A stretch of 64,000 bases of DNA from Heptranchias perlo (GCF_035084215.1 NW_027139442.1:11098001-11162000), one strand, 5' to 3'; shown: positions 12,736-27,350, numbered from the stretch's first letter. Notes: generated by a model from the sequence alone, not told the origin. Program-made: numbers and translations.

Positions 12736-12824
12736 TCCTCTCTCCGCATATCCCTCCAGATGTCCGTTCACTTGTGAGCAAGGCCCTTGCCATCCACAAT
12801 CTTATTGCGGATGGCTGCATTTCG

Positions 12825-13240
12825 GAACATGGGAGTTGGCCATTCAGCCCCACGAGCCTGTTCCGCCATTCAATTAGATCATGGCTGATTTATATCTTAA
12901 CTCCATCTACCCTCGTTGGTATCATAACCCTTAATAATCTGGCCAAACAAAAATCTATCAATCTCAATTTTCAAATTTACAATTGACCCCCAGCCTCAAC
13001 AGCTTTTTGGAGTGAAGAGAGTTCCAGATTTCCACTCCCCTTTGTGTGAAGAATTACTTCCTGACGTCACCCCTCAATGGCCGAGTTCTAATTTTAAGAT
13101 CATTCCGCCTTGTTCTGGACTCTCCCACCAGAGGAACTAGTTTATCTCCATCTACTCTATCAAAACATCTAATCATCTTAAACACCTCAATTAGATCAGT
13201 CCTTAATCTTGTATATTCAAGAGAATACAAGTCTAGTCTA
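12825..13240 (-). mobile_element. CR1-type LINE 3' end (shark HER1/HE1-like)
   Basis: Minus-strand ORF LYSLE..RLR.DLIEVFKMI..FDRVD...SRTR...LKIR plus the typical 3' UTR. Confidence 0.8.
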
Positions 13241-13759
13241 CGCATCTGTGCTCATCATTTACATAATTCATCACCATAAGTACAGGATAGAAATTCAGTA
13301 CAGACAGTTCTAGTTTCTCTGGAACATTCTTTTCTCCCTTGCCCCTCCTAAGCTGTGAATGCACCCGCTCACACTCTCCCTCCACGCCCCTATTCAGCTG
13401 TGAATTCCCCCGTCCCACACACACCCTCCTTGACACGTCCTCGCTGTTTGAAATCCACATTCATCGCAGGATCTATTTTTCCTCCTTTTCTCTCCTGAAG
13501 GTTCTGCGTGATGTTTGGATTCGGCCACAGTCACTGTTTGCCGTCCAGTACCCGGCCAAGTGGTAATTCTGCACCTGTGAGCCTGCACAGCGAGCTGCCG
13601 GCATTTCAAACATGGGGAGCAGCACAGTCACCGTCCCTGGCTGATTCTGTCCGGCAAAGCCAGGGACGGGAGCAGATCAACAACAAACTGCATTTACACT
13701 GAGCGGATTCTCAGCAACACCGAGTGCGGGTCAGGCCCTGAATCAGTGCCGGTGGACCC

Positions 13760-14060
13760 GGCGGATCGGGTGGGCGTCCCGGGAGTCCATTACACCCATC
13801 ATTCAGCTCCTCCCCCGTCCTACCCGCCGCTTCCCGGTTTCTTCTCCCGTTTCCACCGAGTCCGATTCGCGAACAAAGGAAAGGAGCGATGCGTTCCCAG
13901 ATTGCACGGCGGGCCTGGGGAACATGCGCAGTCTGAGCGGAAAATCGCCACCTTGGAGAGATAGAGGGGTTTCTGGGGCGCGGGGGATTGTGGGGCCTCC
14001 GGCCGCCATTAGTCGCATTGTGTCGGTCAGTGTTTCATTGCCGCCGTCGCGCACAGAACC
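13760..14060 (-). promoter_or_regulatory. CpG-island promoter and probable first exon of the upstream ZNF gene
   Basis: CpG rich; NRF1-like CATGCGCA ~13923, YY1-like GCCGCCATT ~14002, candidate minus-strand donor GG|GTAGG near 13833. Confidence 0.5.
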
Positions 14061-14130
14061 GTTTCTCCAAATACAGACTGAGGAATTCAGAGCCGGTTTG
14101 CTGAACAGACACTGACCGTACAATGAGGAA

Positions 14131-14830
<700 letters not shown>

Positions 14831-14844
14831 ATGCTGTTCTCTCC

Positions 14845-15045
14845 ACCCTAGTGGGCTGAGGATGTTCAGTCGTTGAGTGTATTCGAGATTGAGTTTGATT
14901 GATTTTTGGACAAGGAAATCAAGGGATATGGAGAGAGGGCGGTAAAGAGGAGTTGAGGTTCAAGATCAGCCATGATCTATTGAATGGCGGAGCAGGCTCG
15001 AGGGGCCGTATGGCCTACGCCTGCTCATATTTCTTATGTTCTTAT
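14845..15045 (+). mobile_element. CR1-type LINE 3' end
   Basis: GATCAGCCATGATCTATTGAATGGCGGAGCAGGCTCGAGGGGCCG...TTCTTATGTTCTTA tail. Confidence 0.75.
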
Positions 15046-15049
15046 CCTG

Positions 15050-15995
15050 CCAGAGGTGCGGTGCCCAGAACTGAACACAGTGCTCTAAATGAGGACTAAC
15101 CAGAGCTTTGTATAACTGGGACATAACTTCCACTCATTTTCATTCCACAACTCTTGAGATAATTATCAAAATGTCATTGCCATATTAACTTTTTTTGCAC
15201 CTTTTTGTGAATTCTGTACTTGGTCCCATAAATTTCTCTGCTCACCCACAGTTCCTAGTTTCTTGCCATTTAGAAAATGCTCTAATCTGTCTTTTTATTG
15301 TCCAAAGTGGATGACCTCACACTTCCCCAAGTTGAACTCCATCTGCCACTGTTTTGCCCACTCACTGAATCTATCAATGTCCCTTTGCAACTTTCTGCTC
15401 CCATCTATAATGCGTACTGTGCCACATAACTAAGTGTCGTCAGCATATTTGGATACAAGGTTCTCTACATAAGAACGTAAGAAATAGGAGCAGGAGTAGG
15501 CCATACAGCCCCTCGTGCCCTCTCTGCCATTCAATCAGATCAGGGCTGATCTTCGACCTCAACTCCACTTTCCCTCCCGATCCCCATATCCCTTGATTCC
15601 CCTCGAGTCCAAAAATCTATTAATCTCAGGTTTGAATATACTCAACAACTGAGCATCCACAGCCCTCTAGGGTGGAGAATTCAAAAGATCCACAACCATT
15701 CGTGTGAAGAAATTTTTCCTCATGTCGATGCTAAATGGCCGACCCCTTATCTTGAGACTATGAGCTCCAGTTCTTGACTCTCCAGCCAGGAGAACCAGCC
15801 TCTCAGCATCTACCCTGTCAAGCCGTCTACGAATGTTATACATTTCAATGAGATCACCTCTCATTCTTCTTTCTCCACAGAATATAGGCTAATTTTACAC
15901 AATATTTTCTCATACTACAATTGCAGCAAGTCCTCCTTACTGTTATATTCCAACACCCTTATAATAAAGGCTAGCATATCATTTGCCTTCCTCAC
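15050..15995 (-). mobile_element. Nested or adjacent CR1-type LINE fragments
   Basis: Minus-strand 3' tail at ~15467 (ACATAAGAACGTAAGAAATAGGAGCAGG), ORF RGDLIEMY...LDRVDAERL..ESRT, and FNL.KCEVIHFG motif at ~15300-15340. Confidence 0.75.
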
Positions 15996-16195
15996 TCTCA
16001 TTAGACCCTTTGTACCTCACTATTTCCAGCATGTTTTTCCTCTATTCATTCTACAGGGAAAAGAAATGAACGTTGAAAACATTTTACTATAATTACACCC
16101 GTTTATGGTTTGGAAACAATATCCAACTGAACTGCATCAAATTCAATTGCAAAGTTAGAGTTTCTGAAGGAAATAGACTAATTAGAACACTTAAG

Positions 16196-16810
<615 letters not shown>

Positions 16811-16842
16811 AGCGACCAAGACTTAATCTGATAACCCAAAGG

Positions 16843-18051
16843 ATAGGACCAACCTTATTGAAATCTTTGAAGAAGGAACAGAAAGTGAATACAAGTTTAA
16901 TGCAGTAGATGCGATATATTTGGATATTATGAAGGCCTTCGATAAGGTACCGCATTGCAAACTCATGGCTAATTTCAGAGCATGTGGAGTCAGCGGACCG
17001 GTGCCAGAATGGATAGCAAGCTGGCTACAAAACATAAAACTGAGAATAGAGGTTAAGGGTCGCTACTCAGACTGGCAAAAGGTGGGAAGTGATGTTGCAT
17101 TTGCTGGGACCACGGTTCTTCACAATTTAGATTAACGATGTGGAATTGGGAATCGGAAGTACGATTCAAAATTTGTGGACGATACCAAACTGGAGGATTT
17201 AGTTAATACAAAGGAAGAATGCATCAAAATGCAAGAGGACATTAATAAACTTGCAGACTGAAGAATAAGGAGATCACACACTGCTTGGATAATAAGAGTC
17301 TAAACGGGATAGAGGAGCAAAGGAATCTGGTGGTACAGATATAAAAATTACAAGTAGTAGCGACGCAGGTCAAGAAGGTCATAAAAAGGAAACTCAAACA
17401 CTATGATTCAATTCTTGAGAGCTTGAATTGAAAAGCAAAGAAGTTATCATAAACTTGTCTGGAAACTTGTTTAGACCAAACTTGGAGTATTGTGCACAAT
17501 TCTGGTCTCCATATTATAGAAAGGACGGAGAGGGATTGGAGAAGGTGCAAAAACGATTCTCAAGATACGAAAAATGAGAGAATAATCTTCTTATGAATAT
17601 AAGAATATTCTTATGAGGAAATGCTGAAGAGACTGGGGGTGTTTTCTCTGGAAAAGAGAAGGCTGAGGGGTGACGTGATTGAGGTCTGACGATGGGGTTT
17701 CATAGGGTCGACATAGAGAAAATGTTTCCACTTGTGGAGAGTCCAAAAGTAGAGGTAATAAATATAAAATGGTTGCTAATAAATCCAATAGGGAATTCAG
17801 GAGAAACTGATTTACCTAAAGAGTGGTTTTAATGTGGAAAACGCTACCACAAGCAGTAGTTGAGACAAATAGCACAGATCCATTCAAGGGGAAGCTGGAT
17901 TAACACACGAGGAAGAAAAGAATCGAAGGATATTCTGATAGGGTTCGATGAATTAAGGAGGGAGGAGGCTCGTGTGGAGCATAAACGCCGGAACAGACCA
18001 GTTGGGCCGAATGGCCTGTTTCGGTGCCTTCGTTTCGATGTAACTCGATGT
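16843..18051 (+). mobile_element. 5'-truncated CR1-type LINE inserted in the H2A pseudogene 3' UTR
   Basis: RT motifs D..KAFDKVPH and F.DDTKL, CR1 3' UTR GGGCCGAATGGCCTGTTTC with a TCGATGTAA repeat tail; flanked by AAAGG (16838-16842 and 18052-18056). Confidence 0.85.
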
Positions 18052-18054
18052 AAA

Positions 18055-18070
18055 GGCTCTTTTCAGAGCC
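18055..18070 (+). terminator. Displaced histone 3' stem-loop of the H2A pseudogene
   Basis: GGCTCTTTTCAGAGCC ACCCA, followed by sequence matching the H2A 3' flanks at 27425-27460 and 46365-46398. Confidence 0.9.
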
Positions 18071-18584
18071 ACCCACTGTATGTGTGAAAGGGCTGGTTAC
18101 TCTCTGAGGGAGACGCTGATATCATGCTACCAGTGTTGCTTTGAGCTGCTTTTGTCTCGTTGTAGGCGAGATGGGGTATTAATGGGACTGGAGCCAGGGC
18201 ACCGACCACAGTCCGGTACTTTAAACGGTGACTTATGGACCCCAGCCCACACATCACCAGATTTCTTGTATTTATTTAAACTACTTGCCATGCTGTGCTG
18301 GTAAAGCATCACCAGAATTGATGGACTAACCTTTCTACATCTGTGGAATTCGGCGCTTCGATCCGTTTCTGTTCTATTTTGTTGGATTATTTGCATAACG
18401 CATCAAACTCACTGTGGAATCACTGAAATGTATCTCTGTACAGAAGAAAATGACATTGAATTGCCTGGTGCCCAGGAGATCAGAAACATTACTCGCCTTT
18501 CGTCCTGTTAACAACTAAACCGTGTTTAGAGGCCTCCAACCCGCGTTGGTTCCATATGGGGGATAAAACAGATAAAGCGGGAGG

Positions 18585-19050
18585 GGAGGAGTCAGAGTGA
18601 CGGACAGAGCGGAGAGCGGCCTCTGATCTTCCAGCTGCACCTCCAGCTTTCTCCACCCGCGAATTTAGAACCGAAATACAGCGCTCCGCACAAACCCTTA
18701 CAGACTCGGGCTTCATATTCAAGGATTTCCAGAAACCAGGAGCTTTAAAATAAGCCCCGTTACAATTAACAGTCACTAATATTCCGGCCGAAATGCAATC
18801 CCTTCTGTAACAAGTCAACCCGCCTCCTTCCATTTCAGTGGCAGAACGGATTCCATCTCCCCACATATCCCTCCCAGAATGGTTCAGCAGTTTACTCACA
18901 TCTCATTCCAGCTGATTTGGAGAATCTCATGTGTTGGGGTTTGAGTTATGACGCGGAGTTTCTCCGCCAGTTTCACGGTTTCACAGAGACTCTCGCCCTG
19001 AATCTGTGAAAAGATTATGACCATGAACTGGGACTGGAACAGAACACATC
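18585..19050 (-). promoter_or_regulatory. Orphan copy of the H4 upstream region (no H4 CDS)
   Basis: Reverse complement of ~42870-43345 (H1-H4 intergenic region), but no H4 follows. Confidence 0.7.
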
Positions 19051-20104
19051 TTCGGTAACAGTGAGGCCCGGCCCGGACATCTCATTCTCTCTGCTTTATA
19101 TCGGACAATATCGCACCTTCATGTCCAGCACTAGAGAGAGAGACACACACACTCTGTAAGTCTTACACTTCCTATCAGTGTGCTCATATCACTCTCAACA
19201 GCAGTATCCCACCTTCATATATAGCACCAGAGAGAGAGTCACACGTACACACCGTCGGTCTTACACTTCCTATCAGTGTATTCGTATCACGTTCAAAAAC
19301 AGTATCCCACTTTCATATATAGCACCAGCGAGAGAGAGAGAGGGAGACAGGTACGGTGAGAGAGAGAGCGGAGAGACAAAGTGCCACACTCAGTTCCAGA
19401 CCGACCTGTAAAGTTTCGTTTTACCCAGAAAGATCCCATTGGAGAGACAAAAGATGCAATCTCATCTCTCACTGATATTGTACCAGAGGCAGACACACAA
19501 TTAATCCCACACTCAGTGCAGAGTGTGATAAAAACAATGCGCCACATTTAACCCTCTCTTGCCTGTTGTACTATATTCCGTTTTGCAGCACAGGGACGTT
19601 TGGTATTTCAGTAATCGAGGGTTTCAATCTGATTAAATTAATCTGGGACCCGTGCTGTCAGATATTAATCCGACACGGTCCCAACAAACACATCGACTCA
19701 CTCTTTCCTCCTATTTTTCTCCAGGATTGGTTTGAGAAATCTTCACCCCAGTTTCTTCCTCACGCGTCAATTTTATCACCAAAGAGTCCAAGAATGAATC
19801 AAAGCCATTGGCTCATTTCACAGCCGCTCACTTTATCTCTGAAAGGCTCTTTACCATCAAAGGATACCAAGAGAAACAGCAGGGATGGAAACATCTCGTT
19901 TAATGGATAGAGATTGTAAAGTCAGTCTGGATTCCAGCGTTAGGCACTGGTGGAATCCCATCTGTTTTCCATTCTGGTGCCTGTTCCTGCACTGCCTGTG
20001 GACCCCATTCCCTCTGACCTTTCCCCCAGCCCCACTTCCTTTGCTCAGACTCTGAAAAATTCGAATTGGGGAAAGTTTCCATCGAGTTTTGTATTGGGAT
20101 GTAA

Positions 20105-20500
20105 ACCCGATATCTGCGCATGCTTGACGCAGCCCCGCCCCCAGCCTTGGTCGTTGGTGAACGGAAGAGGGCATGCGCGCTCCCCTCCCCCAGCTCGGCC
20201 TGTGGGAGCCATTCCCTCATTGAGCGGAAGAAGACGGTTCAAAACAGCCGGGAATGGAGAGATCACGGCCCCCGGGGGAACGGAGCAAAGAGCAGCCTCG
20301 TTACAGCAGCTCATCGCTTCGGGACCGTGTCCGCAGATGGGCTCAGAGATCGGCATTGAGTCCGGGGGAAGTTCAGGTGAGTCGGGGGGCTGTTTGTAAG
20401 AGGCGGAGTGGATCAGGAACTGGTCCCGGAACATGGAGAGCGCGGGGGAAGGGAGAGGTCAATCTCGGGCTGTGTGTGTACAGGGTGTGTCCAGGGTAAG
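20105..20500 (+). promoter_or_regulatory. Repeated CpG promoter plus first-exon-like cassette, copy A
   Basis: NRF1-like TGCGCATGC and GCATGCGC, GC box CCCCGCCCC, ETS CGGAAG x2, donor CCAGG|GTAAG at 20495/20496. Confidence 0.6.
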
Positions 20501-21939
20501 GGAGAGTGAATGGGAAGAAACTGCTCTTTAAAATCATAGCTGCTTTGTCTCCCCAAACCAGTAGTGAATGTTCCTGGTTTAATTCCAGTCTCACCCTGTT
20601 TGTTGTTATTGGACAGTGAACAGTGGAAACAGAGCCGGACGGTAAGGATGTGGGGAGTTATACAAAGACCACCTATTGCAGGCATCAGGTGAGAAGTTTG
20701 AAGGACACATTTTAAACAGTGGGTGTTTGGTTTTGGTTGAACGGTTAGTCCCCTGGGAGAGCGGATTATGTACAAAGGTCCCTGCCCCATCGTGTAGTCC
20801 CATTCATGGACAATTGTTGTTAAACATCCCAACACACCTGGTGTGCAGAAGCTGAGTGCTGCAGTACTGAATTGGAGTCAGACACTGACACTGTTTGTAT
20901 CGCTGGTTTTCATTTGTGGATATTCAAAATGATCATTAATAGCTATTAAACTGATCACTTTTGTATTTTCTACCTCACCTGTTCTTGAGTTACAAGACAT
21001 ACTTTTTCTTTCTACAGGCACATCCTTGAAGGAGCCAGAAAAAATGTGATATTTCCTCTACCTGCGGCACAAGGAACAGTGCAGCCAGCTGCTTCTCACA
21101 CACAGTAGGTATATTATCACTCACGAGCACAGTCACACACACAGGTCATCAGTTCCACAGTCTCAGACATTAGGAGTAGTCAGTCCCGCACTGATCCCAA
21201 GTTCCAGAGACGCATTTTCAATCCAACAGTCAAACAGAGCAGGTGAGGCAGACACTGTTCCATTTCCCCATAACTCAGTACCGCTGACAGTTAGATACAA
21301 AAATCCCAGTCCAAAATCACACTCTCAGATTGAATGGCACTGTGTCAATTTCACAACAGGGCAACATTAGCTCCGAATTAAATACCAGATAGAAATCACA
21401 TATGGTACCCGATTGAAAGGTACAGAATGAATCCCAATAATGTACACCGAGATTCAAATTGAATACTAGCCCAGAACGCTCACACACATGAATTTAATAA
21501 ATGCAATATTCATCCGAAAAGTGTACCATTTGCTCCAAATTGCATACAAGTCCAAAACTCTGGTACAGTATCAGCTTGAGAAATGCTGAAAGATAGTAAG
21601 CCTGAGAAACAAATTAGATACCAGTTCAGAACGCACTCGTCGTATGAGAGTTAAAGAAACAGTATCAATTCTCTTAGTGCAGACTGAGCTACACGTTACA
21701 TACCAATTCCAAAATGTCACCTCATCAGTTTGCAAGATATATTATCATCCACAATCGTACTCAGTGATACAGATTTAATCGTAGTCCCAAAGTCACACAA
21801 ATTATCTGATTAAAACCTACAGCATGAAATCCTGAAGTGTATCCATATTTACCAATTAAATAAGGAGTAAAACTATTTAAACATTAAGATATTAAAGCAA
21901 CAGTATTGAACACCGTAATTTAATATGAGAGAATAATTA

Positions 21940-22890
21940 TAGACAGATACAGAATGAATATCACATTCAGTCACAGTACAGCGACACAGACACAGAATGA
22001 ATCCAACACTCAAAGATGCAAAAGGAATCCCAACCTCTCATACAGTACTAGGGACTGACAGACACAGAGTTAATCCCAAACTCTCAGATAAAGTACCAGC
22101 GATTGAGAGATTCAGTATGAATCCCATGTTCACACAGTACCAGACACTGAGAGATGCATAAAGAATCCCACACTAACATGCAGTATGAATAACTGCATAT
22201 TTGGGATGAATTCAACACTCACATACAATACTGGAGACTGTATATAGAGATTGAGTCCCACATTCACATAGAGTAGCAGAGACTGACAGATGCCGAAAGA
22301 ATCCCACACTAACATACGGTATGAGAGATTGCATACACAGAATGAATCACAAACTCTCACACACATTGCTGACAAGATACAGAATGAATCCCACACTCAC
22401 ACACAGTCCCAGAGACTGACAGATAGAGAATGAATCCCACACTCACACACAGTCCCAGAGACTGACAGATACAGAATTCATATCACTCGCATAGAGTAGC
22501 AGAGATTCAGAGATACAGAATGAATGTCTCACTCATGTACAGCATCAGAGGCTGACAGGAACCGAAAGAATACCCCACACACACAGTTCCAGATTGACAG
22601 ATACAAAATGATTCCCACACTCACATACAGTACCAGAAAGTGACAGGAACAAAGCGAATCTCACTCACAAACTGTACCAGAGACTGACAGATACAGTATG
22701 AATCCCTCTCTCGGATACCGTACCATAGACACAGAATGACTCCTATATTCACATACAGTACCAGAAAGTGACAGGAACAGAGTGAATCACACTCACACAA
22801 AGTACCAGAGATTGAAAGATATAGAATGAATCCCACACTCACACACAGTACGACAGTCAGACAGATACGAAATGAATCTCACAATCACAT
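21940..22890 (-). repeat. 46-bp satellite array
   Basis: Reverse complement of TGAGTGTGGGATTCATTCTGTATCTGTCAGTCTCTGGTACTGTGTG. Confidence 0.9.
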
Positions 22891-22924
22891 TACTGTAGAT
22901 TGAGTTACACATTACTTAACAGTC

Positions 22925-23610
22925 TGAAAATCTCATAGGGTTTGTTTGAATGATACTCTAAAAATTCCATTAGTGAAGATGGAGCTACACATTACATAGC
23001 AATCCAAAAATGCCAGTGTCAGATTGAAAGATACAGTATCAATTCCATTAATGCAGACTGAGCTGCACATTATATACATTCCTAAGTACTCATACACTAT
23101 TAAACTGAAATATACATTATCAATTCCATTGATACAGACAGAACTATACATTGGTCCAAAAATCTCATAAATGATCAGACTGGAAGATACAATATCAATT
23201 CCATTAGCACAGACTGAGCTACATGTTACACGCCAGTCCAAAAACCCCAGAATGTCAGACTGATAGATGCAATATCAATTCCATTAGTGCAGGCTGTGCT
23301 ACACATCACATTCCAGACCAAAAATCTCATACACTATCAGACTGATAGACACTTTATCGATTCCATTAGAGCAGGCTGAGCTACACATTACATATCAGTC
23401 CAAAAATCTCTTACAGCAACAGACTGAGAGCGACATTATCAATTCCATTAATCCTAACTCGAACCCTAATACAGGCTGAGCTACACATTACATACCAGTC
23501 AAAAATATCAAACAGTATCACACTGAGATACAGAATTAATTCCATTATTGCAGACTGAGCTACACATTAAATACCAGTCCAATAATTTCACCGGGAACAG
23601 ATTGAAAGTT
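22925..23610 (-). repeat. ~81-bp satellite array
   Basis: Reverse complement of TTTTGGACTGGTATGTAATGTGTAGCTCAGTCTGCACTAATGGAATTGATACTGTATCTTTCAGTCTGATACTGTATGAGA. Confidence 0.85.
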
Positions 23611-23769
23611 ACATTATCATTCACAATAGTGTTCAAAGATTAAGATGTAATATTACTCCAAAACTCACACACGTCATTTGATTAAAGAAAGTAGAAAAGT
23701 TTATCCAAATTCACAAATTAAATCCGATACTGCAAACTGAAATAAGAATACGGAATGAATTCAGACTTG

Positions 23770-24165
23770 CTCATTGTCTCAGAGACCGAATTACAGAATG
23801 AATCCCACACTCAGATACAGCACCAGAGACTGACAGTAACAGAGTTAATTCCACACTCACACACAGTACCAGAGACTGACGGATACAGAATTAATCCCAC
23901 ATTCACATACAGCACCAGAGACAGGCATTTGCAGAATGAATCCCTCACTCATATATAGCAGCAGAGATTAACAGATACGGAATGAATCCCACACTCACAT
24001 CCAGTACCAGAGACTGACAGTTACAGAATCAATCCCACACTCACACACATTACCAGAGACTGAGAGATACAGAATGATTCCCACATTCATTTGCAGTACC
24101 AGAGAATGAAAGATACAGAATGAATCTCAAACTCACATACAGGACCAAAGACTGAGATTCAGAAT
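23770..24165 (-). repeat. 46-bp satellite array
   Basis: Same unit as 21940-22890. Confidence 0.9.
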
Positions 24166-25405
24166 TGCTGCTTTACTCGGTCATCATTCTTTGAATCTGA
24201 TGGAGAAATTGAAAGAAAGTCAGTGAAACTGCCCAATTTTAATGTTTGTCTCCGTAGAATTTACTGCCCAATAAAGTGAACACGGGTCCGGGGTCCATTC
24301 AATTCCCCTTTTGCTTTGCTCTCGCTCTCATTCAGATTTACACTGACCCCGGTTTTCCGGTTAACCACCACTTTCAGGGCTAAGAATCAGAATTTAGTTA
24401 CTTCCTCTTTCTCACTGTGGAGCCAATCTCTGAAATAATTAATTACTGATCTTAATATCCCGCATATTAGCAGCACGTTCGCCGCAGTGTAACAATGCAG
24501 AATGAACGATTGGAAAAAAGAATCGGCACATTTTAAGGCTTCGTCAATTATTCCGTTTTCAGGACACACGGTTCCTGTTCAGTCCCTGCAACGGAATCAA
24601 TCGATAACCTGTAATTTGTTATTTTTACAGGTAGAAGTGAAATTTGTCCATATCAGCAATCTATGAATGGGGTTTTATTCCGCAAGTGATAGACAATGTG
24701 TTTTTAAAACAGCGCTCGGAATTTGGGACGTGTAATACGGAATAACATTATTACAAAGAGATTTTAAGTCTTTGTGTAAAAACGACATGTCCGAGTAATT
24801 CACTTATTTCATAAACTGAAATTAGCGGCTTTTTTCAAATTTAAAAAAAATCGGTCAATTGGGCCAATAATTTGCTCCGTTTTCTTATTGTCGTCTCTCC
24901 GATTCTTTAAGGAATTTGGTTTTCAAACAAAGCAACCAATGAGAAGTAGCCTCTATTTCCAGCGGGGTTTGCCAGTTGGGCCTGTGGTAATTCCAGGTCC
25001 CCAATGACGGAGCTCAAACGGTTCAATTTCACAAACCCTCTCAGTATCAGTGTCAGAAACAACCGTCAGAGAGAAAATCCTTATCACAGCGGCTCAGTTT
25101 AACTTGTTCTCCCATGGAAACCCCCGGTCCCACATCACAATATCTGACTGATAAATGGAACCAAAACAGAGCATTTCACTGAGGGGTAACGCATGTCCGG
25201 GTAAACTCACTTGTAACGTTCCCTGGACAATTCAGTGCACTCAATGAGGGAAATGTTCCTCTCAGTAACCGGTGCAGCACGCCACCGATCCCACGTTACG
25301 TTACTGTGTGTTCCAGAAAACTCCTCATAATAATAAAACTATTCCCAAGCCCCATATATCCCGCACCAGTTCCCAGGTCAGTGCTCTCTCTGTGAGGCGG
25401 TGGGT

Positions 25406-25421
25406 GGCTCTTAGAAGAGCC
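25406..25421 (-). terminator. Histone 3' stem-loop (H4)
   Basis: GGCTCTTCTAAGAGCC ACCCA plus purine-rich HDE on the minus strand. Confidence 0.93.
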
Positions 25422-25456
25422 TTTGGTTTGTGTCCGGTTGGAAATGGTCGAGTCGT

Positions 25457-25777
<321 letters not shown>

Positions 25778-26299
25778 TCACTCAAACCGCCCCTGAATGA
25801 AAAACTCTCGCCTTTCTTCTCTATTTATGCAGCCCGCCCCGACCTGGTTGAGAAAGGCACATTATCGGAGAGGGCGGGGAGGAGTGTTTGAATGACAGAC
25901 AGAGCATGAAGTGCGGGAGGGGAGGAGACTGGCTCAGAATGACGGACAAGCGGACGTGCAACTTCAAGCTCCGCCTCCAGGAATTAGTTACCGTTCTGTC
26001 TAAAATTTTCACCAGCAACAAATGCGGAACATAAATTCAGACACAATCCTTACAGACTCCGGCTTAATATTCAAGGATATCTCGGAAAAAAAGTCGGAAA
26101 GTAAAATTTAAATTCAATAAATGAGTCCCACTACAGATCCAATACAATCTCCATCGTAACAGAATCAATCAGTGCCGCGACGGAACCGTTGGAAGAGGGA
26201 GTTTTAGTTTTCAGATTTGTAGCTGACAGAAGGCGCCCAATAGTTCAATAAACATAAATCGGTGTGGAAGGCACTCTATACCTTTCCGTGCTTGGGTCA

Positions 26300-27003
26300 G
26301 TATGGGACTGGATAGAATCAGGCACTGGGATGAATGGAGAATGATCCTGTGTGGGGACTGGATAGATTCAGGTCCTGGGATGGATGGAGAATGATCCTGT
26401 GTGGGGACTGGATAGATTCAGGTCCTGGGATGGACAGAGACAGTTCCTGTGTGGGTACAATGTGTTTATTAGAGCTGAAAACATTGGGAACTGGACAGAT
26501 TCAGGGAACCGAATGGACAGACCCAGGTCTTGTGTGGGGACTGGATAGATTCTGGTATTGGATGGACAGACCCAGGTCCTGTGTGGGGACTGGATAGATT
26601 CAGGGACCGGGATGGTGACAGATCTTCCGTGGGACTGGTTAGATTCATGCACATGGATGGATGGAGATTGGTCATGTGTGGCTATTATGAATTGAATTAG
26701 AGCTGGAGTCAGTGTGAAACTGGATAGATTCAGGGACCGGGATGGACAGACCCAGGTCCTGTCGAGGGATTGGATAGATTCAGGGAATGGGATAGACAGA
26801 CCCAGATCCTGTATGGGGACTGGATAGATTCAGGGGCCTGGATGGACAGACCCAGGTCCTGTATCGAGACTGGATAGATTCAGGGACCGGGATGGACAGA
26901 CCCAGGTCCTGTGTGAGGACTGGATAGATTCAGGGACCGGGATGGACAGACCCAGGTCCTGTGTGCGGACTGGATAGATTTCGGGACCGGGATGGACAGA
27001 GAC
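26300..27003. repeat. 50-bp minisatellite (GGGACTGGATAGATTCAGGGACCGGGATGGACAGACCCAGGTCCTGTGTG)
   Basis: TGGATAGATT at exact 50-bp spacing (26721, 26771, 26821, 26871, 26921, 26971); earlier units are interrupted by a TGTGT..TATT..AGAGCTG spacer. Confidence 0.92.
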
Positions 27004-27034
27004 TAGTCCCTGGTCACTGTGTGGTCCGAAATAT

Positions 27035-27350
27035 GACCGTTCGTAACCTTTGTGTCCAATCTGACCCTGAGATGAGCGTCCGACCACATATCCGCTCCAT
27101 CACCAAGACCTAATTCCACCTTTGAAACATCGCGCGTCTCCGCCCCTGCCTCAGCTCCTCTGGTGCTGAAACCCTCATCCATTCCCTTGATACCTCCAGA
27201 CTTTGCTATTCCAATGCTCTCCTGGTCAGCCTCCGATCTTCCGCCCTCTGTGAACATGAATTTCTCCAAATCTCCGTTGCCCTATTCGAACTCCCACCAA
27301 CTCCCGTTCACCTGTCACCCATGTGCTCGGTGACTTACATTGGCTCCCAT
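27035..27350 (+). mobile_element. L2-type LINE ORF2 C-terminal fragment
   Basis: Degenerate NL.V..DPEMS.RPHIRSITKT...NIARLRPCLSS..AETLIH...SRL.YSNALL motif. Confidence 0.75.

Larger units (their letters stand above)
4768..12865 (+). repeat. Segmental duplication, copy 1 (GPCR 3' flank, Tx1 fragment, CpG island, CR1, ZNF gene, 39-bp array)
   Basis: Collinear and highly similar to 54959-64000 from ATGAGAGTGGATTTTCCG onward. Confidence 0.95.
18885..24165 (-). repeat. Composite macro-repeat unit A (inverted relative to B, C, D)
   Basis: Promoter cassette, unique spacer and 46-bp/81-bp/46-bp arrays; reverse complement of the units at 35240-40880 and 48745-54958. Confidence 0.85.

Noticed and set aside
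18489-18580. Possible small RNA gene downstream of the orphan H4 promoter
   Set aside because: No tRNA boxes, snRNA motifs or convincing structure could be identified by eye.
20254-20499. ORF MERSRPPG... shared by cassette copies A and C
   Set aside because: Frameshifted and terminated early in copy B; no protein similarity recognised.
26300-27003. Regular 50-bp and 46-bp arrays as possible CRISPR arrays
   Set aside because: Head-to-tail tandem repeats without unique spacers, no cas genes, vertebrate context.
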